A stretch of DNA of 23,277 bases from Armatimonadota bacterium. Lineage in GTDB: Bacteria; Armatimonadota; Zipacnadia; Zipacnadales; UBA5352. Positions 8,501 through 15,777 of the stretch are shown here, piece by piece. Both the position numbers and the translations under genes were made by a program. Every line of letters begins with the position of its first letter. The first letter of the stretch is position 1. The notes under the pieces are model-generated. The model made no database searches. It was not told the DNA's origin and saw nothing but the letters and a program-made list of their open reading frames with translations. The stretch covers positions 1 through 23,277 of the forward strand of contig JAYENL010000240.1 of NCBI GenBank assembly GCA_034722055.1. Direction: 5' to 3'.

Positions 8501-10305
8501 CGGCGGAACTCCAGCACAGTGCCCTCCACGTCCTCCAGGTCGTCCATCTTCTTCAGCGCCTCGACGCGCTTGAGGGCCCTGTCGCTGAGCGTCATCTCGC
8601 CCAGCAGCCGGTGCAGCAGATTCACCAGCATCCGGTTCTGCGCCATCAGGTTGTCCATGTTCAGCCGGTCCGGGGTGTCCAGCGGCGTATTCACCCAGTT
8701 CCGGGCGTCGTTGACGGTGGTGAGAGTGATCCCCGGACGCCCGCCACGGATCACCATCTCGTGATCGAAGGCGATCTTGCCAGGGAAGAAGGTGTGCCAC
8801 TCCCGACCCTTGATGGGGTTGATCCCGTCAACGAATCGCTGCTCCACCGGCACCCTCAGCGAGGCCGCCACCCGCTCGGCGTAGTCCGAGAACTGCTTGC
8901 CCAGCGGGGAGTAGAACCGCAGCAGGTGGGCCTGCGCGAAGTACCAGCCCACCTGGAAGGCCCCCAGCGTGGGCGTGTGTGTGCTCAGGTCCAGGCCGAT
9001 GAACATGTGGATGGTCTTGAACTGGTCGAGCGCCTTCCAGATGCGCATATACTCCTTCTTGCGCTCGATATCGTCCTGTAGCCTGTCCACGCGCCGATAG
9101 CCCATCTCGGCCGACAGCTCGAGCTGGCCGATCTGGACCCGGTTGGCCATCTCCTCGCGGCGCTCCAGTTGCGCCTCCGACAGGTCCGCCTTCTCGCGCT
9201 CCAGCTCCTGCCGGCGCTGCTTCATCTTCTCGATCTCCGAGCGCGTGATCCTGAGCTGCCGCTTGAGCTGTTCCAGCTCGCGCTCCAGCTCCTTGTAGCG
9301 GTCCTGGCGCTGGCGCTTCTTCCGGGGCTCCTTGCCCCACAGGTCCACGAACTCCTTGGCGCCCGACAGGGCCTCGAAGTGCCCGCTGCAGGCCAGGAAG
9401 ATGACGCTGCGCTTGGGCCGGTGCTCGGCGAAGATCTCCGCCAGCTCCAGCAGCGTGGCGATGGACACCGCGTTCTCGGCCCCCGGCGCCCGTGAGGGCA
9501 CGATGGAGACCGAGTCATAGTAGGCCTCCAGGATCATGGCCTCCTCGCGGAGGGTGGGGTCGCTGCCGGGAAGGATGCCGATGATGTTGCGGTTGGTGCG
9601 GTTCTCCCAGTGCGTCTGCGCGGTGAGCGTGCCCTCCAGCTCGGCGTCGGCGGCCGCCTCCTTCAGCGCCTGGCCGTCCTCGCGGTCGATCCAGAATCGG
9701 GGCACGTCCACCGGCACGCGCAGCCACTTCGTCTCCGCCTCGCCGCGCGTGGTGACCTCCGGCTCGATGAGCACTACGGCCGCCCCGCCCAGCAGCGGCA
9801 CGTTCAGCCAGTTCTGCCCGTTGTTGAAGTCCATGAGCACGATGGCGTCCTTGACGGGCTTGCCGTTGAAGTCCGAGAGGTGGCCGTCATCGACGTAGAT
9901 GATGGGCCCCTCCAGGCCCTCCTTCGGCACACAGGAGGTGCGGCACAGGTTCGGCCACAGGCCGGCCAGCTCATAGCTCTCACCGCCGGCCTCCAGCGCC
10001 GCGCCGCCCTCCAGCGGCGTGGGCAGCTCGAACTCCTGCACGTAGGTGGTCATCCCCAGCTCCTCGAAGGCATCCAGGATGATGTCGGCCGCCTCCTGGT
10101 TGCCCGGATAGCCTGAGACCCTGGAGCCGAGGTCCGCGAACTGCTCTATCCTTGACGCCAGCCGCTGCTCCGAGATCTGGTCAGCCAGCTCGCGGGGGTT
10201 CATCGCGCCCCAACTGGTGCCGCACATGGCCACCGTCAGCAGTGCCCCAACCGCGATGACCGCGCTCAGCTTCCGGAGCGCCGTTTGCTGTCTGGTGAGT
10301 GGCAT
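5548..10305 (-). CDS. Giant fusion protein: signal peptide, PA domain, M28 peptidase-like domain (degenerate), TM block and MacB/FtsX-like ABC permease
   Basis: Start placed at ATG 10305 (MPLTRQQ) after GGAGGAAG, giving ~1585 aa. M28-like SRVSGYPGN...NIIGILPG...EAYYDS...PGAEN, MacB-type ANMRRRKTRTALT and FtsX-type NTMLGAVYERTREIGIYSSLG. Confidence 0.88.
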   Translation of the reverse strand: MPLTRQQTALRKLSAVIAVGALLTVAMCGTSWGAMNPRELADQISEQRLASRIEQFADLGSRVSGYPGNQEAADIILDAFEELGMTTYVQEFELPTPLEGGAALEAGGESYELAGLWPNLCRTSCVPKEGLEGPIIYVDDGHLSDFNGKPVKDAIVLMDFNNGQNWLNVPLLGGAAVVLIEPEVTTRGEAETKWLRVPVDVPRFWIDREDGQALKEAAADAELEGTLTAQTHWENRTNRNIIGILPGSDPTLREEAMILEAYYDSVSIVPSRAPGAENAVSIATLLELAEIFAEHRPKRSVIFLACSGHFEALSGAKEFVDLWGKEPRKKRQRQDRYKELERELEQLKRQLRITRSEIEKMKQRRQELEREKADLSEAQLERREEMANRVQIGQLELSAEMGYRRVDRLQDDIERKKEYMRIWKALDQFKTIHMFIGLDLSTHTPTLGAFQVGWYFAQAHLLRFYSPLGKQFSDYAERVAASLRVPVEQRFVDGINPIKGREWHTFFPGKIAFDHEMVIRGGRPGITLTTVNDARNWVNTPLDTPDRLNMDNLMAQNRMLVNLLHRLLGEMTLSDRALKRVEALKKMDDLEDVEGTVLEFRRRESFVPNSPVADALVLVQGQYRIMMGVHTTAMSMANETSEFLIRGEMASRSAQLEAYDFDPDSGDIIYAPDRGTDGDKKYPRDVYGRAGLKRPVIVFRCVATDLYDLVDERYFQTLEKVFVYDAEDYSEPISYGYSIDEIKVAAEFPSYTEPCAVLYSMPDIDFQVTMSMGLVGIRMVCINATRAKPTGVGFPAAQTPAIHMTPLQIANDMWLIDEYRINRLEKHGITNKRVGELHETAYEALDTARDALEERQYDTAMATARHAWGYESRAYPDVRKTAEDVVKGVLFYLAILLPFAFFGERLFVYARTIIGQIIGTVVVFVIVFMLLALVHPAFALTTSPPIILLAFIVMALAVLVISIVTMKFNQELKSMKQSRGGVHEADVGRLSVAGAAFGLGIANMRRRKTRTALTAVTLILLTFTVLSFTSVKSYLRHNKIVLSHDPSYQGIMLRDRSWLSLEAPTADIIENELEKEAVVSPRAWYTSADLEKELMVDISLADDLSKTYTVNAILGLSPQEDEIMDADLMLKAGRWIERGEKNVILLPESLAQTLEVGPGDVGDVSVKLFGADFTVVGIVDEAAMRDMQDLDGEPMTPVNYAMLRPEVIEELKRQAQRRSQLGSSGAQSLLQDYKHYGLEKLAVIPYDTALELGGTLRSVGIRFEETEEVAETVDRMMKRFALSLYAGVGDDSYLFSSVGMTTAAGLETMAIPILIAALIVLNTMLGAVYERTREIGIYSSLGLAPSHIAILFLAEASVFANLGAIVGYLLGQVLAYGIHTFKIQAGVELNYSSMSAVGVTILVVIVVLLSTVYPSKKASEIASPGIARKWELPEPEGDVLLVRLPFTVTGRDAFGVAAFLQEFFSEYVGYAGGEFLAENVRLEALGDEPEDGVAVKLRMWLAPYDLGVSQDFSLSCLPTEDENIYAIEIRLDRLAGDITSWKKTNSLFLSSIRKQFLIWRTVPQGEKVAYADRGEQVVEEGVVLT

Positions 10306-10372
10306 CTGAGTGCTTCCTCCTTGCCTGCCGCTACGCCGGCATCGCCCGCACCCGCGGGCGCCCCTGTGCGGC

Positions 10373-12406
10373 TCAGCCGAAGTGAACCACGTAGCGACGG
10401 CCCATCTCTTCATATATCGCGCTCAGCCAACCCCACACCAGGCCGGCTGTGAAGAAGTGCCCCACGACGATTCCCAGAAAGAACGGGATCAGGCGGCGGT
10501 ACATCCCCATCCCGCCGACGCGCAGGATGAGCGTCTTGATCACCCAGACGATGAAGAACGGCCCCCACAGCGGTCCGCCGTAGGCTGTGACCATCGCGTA
10601 GCCCAGCGGGTGCAGGGGAAAGCGCAGGAAGATCGAGCGCAGCCCGATCAGCACGGCCGCCACCACAAAGCCCACCGCTGCGGCGCCTGTCTTGCCCCGG
10701 TCCGGCTCCTTGTGGCCCCGCTCGAAGCTGGCCAGCTCCTCGTACTCCGTCGTCGCCAGCCGCGTGCGATAGCCGCCCTGGGTCGTCCCGCCCTCCAGGA
10801 TGTTCGCACCGTGCGTGTAGTACGCCTGCAAGTGTATCACATAGGCACCGGCCAGTCCAACCAGGAGCGCCACCACCAGCCACACCGCCATGGTCCTCTG
10901 ACAGATGCGCCCCTGGTCGGCGATCTTGGTGGCCTCGATCTGATACGCCATCATGGACTGGAAGTAGCCGCGCGAGAGGAACATCAGCAGCGAGAAGATG
11001 GTCAGATTCGACCACCCGCCGAAGCGCACGTAGGGCTCTGAGCCGGCGATGTTGATCATCATCCGCTTATGCTGGTAGAACGGGAAGAGCCACACCATGG
11101 CCGCCCCCGCCTCCGCTCGCGCGCGAGCGTAGACCAGCGAGAACAGGAAGAACAGGAACAGGTAGATGGCCGCCGTCCACAGCGCCATCCCCGCCATCGA
11201 CGTCCACAGCAGCATCCCGCCGAACCCCACCACCAGCCCGATGAGAGCCCCGCGGTAGGTCATCGGCTCATCGCTGTCATCCACCTCCGGCGCCCTGCCC
11301 AGGGCCTTGCGGAAGATCCGGCCCAGGTGCTCCCGGCCCACGTAGGTGAGGAACAGCCCCAGGGCCAGATAGGAGCCGAAGGACTGCTCCTGCACGTGGG
11401 GGAAGCCGGCCGGCTCATGCCCCATCGCCGTGGCCGCCACGTTGGTCAGCCGCTCCAGGAGGTAGAACACCCACACCGACAGCGTGATCTCGGTGGGGAC
11501 CAGATAGCCCAGCCCGAAGTTCTCCGGTCGCCAGGCGATCGACAGGGGCTGGATGGCCGACCACGGGCGCTCCGTGAACAGGCCTCCCAGGTCGTGGCTC
11601 CGGCCCATCGCCGGCACCGCCGGGTTCCAGGCGTTGAAGATGTTCATCACGTTGTAGATCGCCGCCAGCGCGAAGCCCGTCCACATGGCGCCGCTCTTGA
11701 AGAAGCTCAGCGCCGTCGCCGCGCTCTCGCCGCCTGAGAGCTCCATCACCAGGTGGACAATGGGGAAGGTCAGCCGCTCCCGCTCCACCCACTGGCGCCG
11801 GAACATGGTCATCAGCGACAGCATGCCGATGAAGGCCAGCAGCAGCAGCACCGTCCACGCCACCAGCGGCACCAGCCACGCTCCCCACGGCACCACCAGC
11901 GAGGAGACCAGCCACGGCTGCACATCCGGCTCGCTGTCAACGGCCTCGTACATCTCCCGGATGACCTCCGGGTCCCCGGGCCTCAGCCAATCGGGGATGT
12001 GCTCCTGAAACTGGGCGAAGTTGTTCTCCGGGGTGGCGAAGTAGAACAGGGCAGTGGAGTTGGGGAACAGCATCCGGGCCACGCCCACCGACGACATGGA
12101 GACCGCGATGCACAGGAAGGCGTAGACCATCAACGCGCCCCCGCGCCTGAGCTGCAGCCACCGCGGGAGCTTGCGAAACAGCGGGAGGAGCAGCGTCAGC
12201 ACCAGCAGGGCCCCCACCGCCGGCACCACCGGAACGCTCTCACCAAGCTGGGCCCCGTGGCCCACCAGCCCCGACTGCTTTATCCACAGCAACGAGAAGA
12301 CCAGGAACACCAGCGACAGCACCACGGCCCGCCACGACAGGCCGTAGAGCTCCTCCGCCTCCTGGGCTCGATCCTCGGGCATCTCCGTCTGTCGCTCAAC
12401 AGCCAC
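10373..12406 (-). CDS. DUF6785/DUF6784-like polytopic membrane protein (putative peptide-transporter-like)
   Basis: Many hydrophobic segments, QWVERERLTFP, and C-terminal FPLHPLGY...WVIKTLILRVGG...YRRLIPFFLG. Family recognised from recalled motifs, not from a search. GTG start follows AAAGG; alternative ATG at 12383. Confidence 0.8.
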   Translation of the reverse strand: MAVERQTEMPEDRAQEAEELYGLSWRAVVLSLVFLVFSLLWIKQSGLVGHGAQLGESVPVVPAVGALLVLTLLLPLFRKLPRWLQLRRGGALMVYAFLCIAVSMSSVGVARMLFPNSTALFYFATPENNFAQFQEHIPDWLRPGDPEVIREMYEAVDSEPDVQPWLVSSLVVPWGAWLVPLVAWTVLLLLAFIGMLSLMTMFRRQWVERERLTFPIVHLVMELSGGESAATALSFFKSGAMWTGFALAAIYNVMNIFNAWNPAVPAMGRSHDLGGLFTERPWSAIQPLSIAWRPENFGLGYLVPTEITLSVWVFYLLERLTNVAATAMGHEPAGFPHVQEQSFGSYLALGLFLTYVGREHLGRIFRKALGRAPEVDDSDEPMTYRGALIGLVVGFGGMLLWTSMAGMALWTAAIYLFLFFLFSLVYARARAEAGAAMVWLFPFYQHKRMMINIAGSEPYVRFGGWSNLTIFSLLMFLSRGYFQSMMAYQIEATKIADQGRICQRTMAVWLVVALLVGLAGAYVIHLQAYYTHGANILEGGTTQGGYRTRLATTEYEELASFERGHKEPDRGKTGAAAVGFVVAAVLIGLRSIFLRFPLHPLGYAMVTAYGGPLWGPFFIVWVIKTLILRVGGMGMYRRLIPFFLGIVVGHFFTAGLVWGWLSAIYEEMGRRYVVHFG

Positions 12407-12435
12407 CGTATGTGCCTTTCGTGCCGACCTGAAAC

Positions 12436-12465
12436 TTGACGTCGCCGAAGGAGTTTTGGTATTCT
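12436..12465 (+). promoter_or_regulatory. Putative sigma70 promoter with extended -10
   Basis: TTGACG (12436-12441), 18-nt spacer ending TGG, TATTCT (12460-12465). Predicted +1 is about 12472. Confidence 0.7.
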
Positions 12466-12471
12466 CCCCTT

Positions 12472-12623
12472 GGCCTGAGAGGACCTCCGCTGGGCCGGAG
12501 ATTCCGCAGAGAGCTCGGATGCATCGTTCTCAGCGTGCCCGGAGGCCCTACTGCTCCGGGCTCCGCGCTTTCTGTGGCCGCGGCGGCTGAGGTCGCCGCT
12601 GGCGCAAAGCGTCCGGTGAGGCC
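12472..12623 (+). ncRNA. Candidate structured RNA of unknown class (~152 nt)
   Basis: Hand-folded nested stems: GGCCU/AGGCC plus GGAC/GUCC closing stem, CCGCAGAGAGC/GCUUUCUGUGG plus CGGA/UCCG, GCCCGGAG/CUCCGGGC, GCGGCGGC/GUCGCCGC and CUCCG/CGGAG. It begins at the predicted TSS. Confidence 0.45.
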
Positions 12624-12639
12624 TGTGAGGGCGGCGAAC

Positions 12640-12790
12640 GGGCCGCAGGTTCCACCCGGCCCGGCATGCAAGTGTGCCTAGACAAACGGCGTGCAGGCGA
12701 GGGCGCCTGCACTACTTAACAAGTGGGCCGGGGTGGAACCTGAGGCGCTGGCGCGCCTCACCGCTCGCTCCGCTCGCGGCGGCCCCTCCA
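12640..12790. repeat. REP-like cluster: inverted pair flanking a GTAG-type palindrome
   Basis: CAGGTTCCACCCGGCCC (~12646-12662) is inverted at ~12725-12742. The reverse complement of 12691-12715 is GTAGTGCAGGCGCCCTCGCCTGCAC. Hairpin TGAGGCGC-tggc-GCGCCTCA at 12741-12760. Confidence 0.7.
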
Positions 12791-12900
12791 CGGTGGCCGC
12801 AGGCGCGTTGCGCCAGCGCCGCATGACACGGGAGCTTCTGCCGCTCAGGACTAGCTGCTTGCCGCCGGCTTGCCGCTCGCATCTGCCGTCGTCGGCCGTG

Positions 12901-13019
12901 GCTCGTAGCTTGTAGCTCGCAGCTCGTAGCTTGCTGCTTGTAGCTTGCTGCTGATAGCTGACTGCTGATAGCTGACTGCTGATAGCTGACTGCTGATAGC
13001 TGATCGCTGACAGCTAATG
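12901..13019 (+). repeat. GCTNNNN heptamer tandem array, 17 units
   Basis: Strict 7-bp period with invariant GCT, including alternating GCTGATA/GCTGACT. Ends just before the GGAGG RBS of the next gene. Confidence 0.95.
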
Positions 13020-13032
13020 ACTGGAGGACGTC

Positions 13033-13833
13033 ATGGGTCTTACCATCTGCCCCAAGTGCGGCGCGACCGTGCAGGAGACTGATACCCACTGCATGGAGTG
13101 TGGCGCCAACCTCGCTGAGGCCGAGCGGGAGCTGGCTCGCAAGGAGAAACAGACCCGCGGCGGCGGCCCCATCATCAGCGACGAGCCGGTTGTCCAGGGC
13201 GCCGCCGCGGGGCTCGCCGAGCCCGGCGAGACCTCGGAGAAGGTTCGCCTCAAGGAGTTCGACCGGCAGCTGGCCCGGAAGCTCGTGGCCGAGCGCACCG
13301 CCGTAGTCATCACCGCCCTCATCGCTCTCGTGGCCGGAGCCGGCATCCTCTTCGCGGGGTGGAGCGCCCTGAAGGCCGTCGGCGGCGTGGAGGCCCTCAG
13401 GGCGATGAGCTACGCCGACCTTCGCGAGCGCGGGCTGGGCGCCTTCGCCGACCAGGCCTTTATTTCGGCGCTGCTGATACTGCTGGGGCTGTCGGGACTG
13501 CTGTGCATGGCCGGGCAGGTCCATCGCTTCGTGCTGGCTCAGAGGGCCGTGGCGCAGGTGAGGGCCGGGGAGCGCCCCGACGTGGTGGGCATCAGCAGCA
13601 TGACCGCCTGGGGCCTGATCATCGCCTCCTTCGTCTGTCCTCCGCTGGGCATCATCCTGGGGATCATCTTCACGTTGGGCCAGGATGAGAACACGCGGGA
13701 TCTGGGCGGCACCATGATCAAGAGCGCGCTGATTGCGGTGGCGGTCGTCATCGCCCACCTCATCTGGAACGCCGTGGCGGGCTTCGCCTCCCAGGCCGGC
13801 GCCTCCCGTGCCGTCACCAACGCCGCGGAGTAG
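13033..13833 (+). CDS. Zinc-ribbon-containing membrane protein
   Basis: N-terminal CPKC-x9-HCMECG, then about four hydrophobic segments. GGAGG RBS at 13023-13027. Confidence 0.8.
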   Translation: MGLTICPKCGATVQETDTHCMECGANLAEAERELARKEKQTRGGGPIISDEPVVQGAAAGLAEPGETSEKVRLKEFDRQLARKLVAERTAVVITALIALVAGAGILFAGWSALKAVGGVEALRAMSYADLRERGLGAFADQAFISALLILLGLSGLLCMAGQVHRFVLAQRAVAQVRAGERPDVVGISSMTAWGLIIASFVCPPLGIILGIIFTLGQDENTRDLGGTMIKSALIAVAVVIAHLIWNAVAGFASQAGASRAVTNAAE

Positions 13834-14053
13834 CCTGTCCCGTATCCGCGCCAGTGGCGCACCGCTTCCATCCTTCAGCGCTCGCCGGCCATCCACCTTC
13901 GATTCTCCCGGCGACCTCGGCCTGATCGTGCATTCCCGTGTACCACGGAGGAGGGGGGCGCTGGAATGCCGAATACCTCCCCGCCGACAGTCTCCTCTTG
14001 ATGGAAACGTACCAGGGGGCCGGGCACGAGACAGGAGAAAGGAAGATGGCCTG

Positions 14054-15372
14054 ATGCGCATCGCGTCGAGAGTCCTTCTCGCGGCTGCCTCTTGGTGGTG
14101 TTCACGTCCTGCCAGGGCGGGGACGGGATCGGCCCGGTGCCGGACGGAGGCGAGGACCTGGAGACGACGTTTGATGTCACATGGGACCAAAGTGCGACCG
14201 TCATCGACGAGGACCACCTGGGGCTGGTCAAGGACGTGGACCCGGACAACCACCGCTACACGCTTGATGCCGACGGCGTCCAGGCCGCCGGCCTGGACAT
14301 CTCCGCCGGGCGGGTGCTGGTCATTCACGGGATCGCGCTGCGCAAGATCACCTCGGTCCAGCAGGACGGGCAGAACCTGGTAGTCGATACGGAGTTCGCG
14401 GCGCTGCCGGAGGCCATCGAGGAGGGCACCATCGAGTGGGACTACGGTGTCCGCTTCACCGAGGACACCATCACCGCTCCCAGCGTCGCCGGACAGGTGA
14501 TGCCGCGGGTACCCGGCACGGTTGAGCCGCAGTTCAAGTTCACCTACGGCGACTACACCTACGACATCAAGATCACTCCCCAGGGCGACAAGGTCACCTT
14601 CAACTTCACGCTTGAGAAGGACCTCCCGGGGCCCGCTGGTGCCAAGCTGGTCGCCGAGGGCTTCGTGCAGCGGTTCCGCCACAGGGGCCGGATATCCATC
14701 ACTGACAACAAGGTCGATGAGTTCGTCAACCGCCTCGACAAGATGCAGGGCCAGGCCACCGTCAAGGTCATCATGGCCGGCTCGGGGCGAGATGTCATCA
14801 ACTACAAGCCCGACTTCACCCTGATCTCGCTCAACTTCCTCGTGGGGCCGGTCCCGATGAAGCTGGGCATTTCGGCGCAGTTCGTCATCAACGCGTCGGT
14901 GCCGGTGGAGGGCTCAGCGAACCTGCGGCTGACCATCGACTACGACAGCGATCTGGGCTTCCGCTTCTCCGGCGGCACGCCCCAGGTGGAGGGCGGCGTG
15001 CGGTCGCTGGACCAGGGCGACAAGAGGACGGAGGTCGGGGCGGCCGCCGCCATCGGGGCGAACTTCGGGCTGGGCTTCCCGCGCGTGAAGCTGAGCATCT
15101 GCGAGAGCCTGACGGGGTGGATACAGCCGGCCTACCTGCTTGGCGGCAGCTTCACCTTCACTCCGCCATGTGTGGAGGTGAAGGGGCGGTTCATCGCCTC
15201 AGCCGGGGCCGACGTCTCCGCCAAGATCTTCGGAGCCGACTTCAAGTACGATATCTGGAGCAAGACGCTGGCCGAGAAGGAGTGGGTGCTGTTCAGGAGC
15301 GCCGAATGCCCCGACGCGGCCGCGGTGGCGGCGATAGGCGAGCCCCTCGACGCAGCCGTTGCCGGCCGGTGA
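14054..15372 (+). CDS. Probable beta-rich lipoprotein of unknown function with an apparent 1-nt frameshift in its signal peptide
   Basis: ATG 14054 gives MRIASRVLLAA in one frame. LLVVFTS-C (lipobox) and the 426-aa body lie in another frame, joined by adding one base near 14085-14091. Purine-rich RBS AGGAGAAAGGAAG upstream. Confidence 0.7.
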
Positions 15373-15409
15373 ACGGGACGCTCAGCCGCTCACTTGCCGA
15401 AGCCGTCGG

Positions 15410-15760
15410 ATGCTAGGCAGCCCGCCACTCCGTACGACATGACGGCAGCGGCAGGCCACAACGACCGACCACGAGCGGAGGCGCGGCACGGGTCCGCGCC
15501 CTACAAGGCGCCGCTCCTGTGCCGTGCGGCGCGGCGTGCCCACGCCGCCCGTCGTTGAGGGCGTTCTCCGTGGTCGTTTCCGTGCCGTGTGGAGGGGCCG
15601 GACCACCGTCCGGCCCGCCGTTGCTCTGTCGGGCAAGGATGCCCGACCTACGCGGATGACATCTCTGTCGGGCAAGGATGCCCGACCTACGCGGGTGACA
15701 GGGTCTCTGCTTCTGCAGAAACATCTCTGTCGGGCAAGGAAGGAGGCCCGACCGACGCGG
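15410..15760. repeat. Mosaic REP-like cluster between convergent genes
   Basis: 15412-15504 is an inverted homolog of 2974-3056 and 15581-15624 of 2784-2827. Three tandem GTCGGGCAAGGATGCCCGACCTAC units (15628-15651, 15667-15690, degenerate 15729-15756) read GTAG plus palindrome on the minus strand. Confidence 0.88.
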
Positions 15761-15777
15761 AGATTGCGCAGCAGGCT

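Noticed and set aside
12443..12453. CGCCGAAGGAG resembles the glycine riboswitch core
   Set aside because: No upstream GGAGA element or correctly placed CUCUCAGG, and it lies within the promoter spacer.
12601..12616. GGCGCAAAGCGTCCGG resembles part of the c-di-GMP-I riboswitch
   Set aside because: The upstream GGCAAACC and GNRA-capped P2 stem and the tetraloop receptor are missing.
12730..12742. GGGTGGAACC resembles a T-box antiterminator motif
   Set aside because: It is one arm of a REP-like inverted repeat. There is no convincing stem I or terminator, and no amino-acid-related gene downstream.
12663..12742. CCTAGACAAACGG resembles the 3' region of RNase P RNA
   Set aside because: The universal GAGGAAAGUCC and ACAGAA...GCUUA elements are absent.
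12712..14682. 656-aa minus-strand ORF
   Set aside because: It runs antisense across two plausible genes and through the heptamer array, which explains its repetitive C-terminus. No domain signal.
15624..15760. Possible mini CRISPR array
   Set aside because: Only three units with very unequal, partly shared spacers, and no cas genes. The GTAG-plus-palindrome form fits REP elements.
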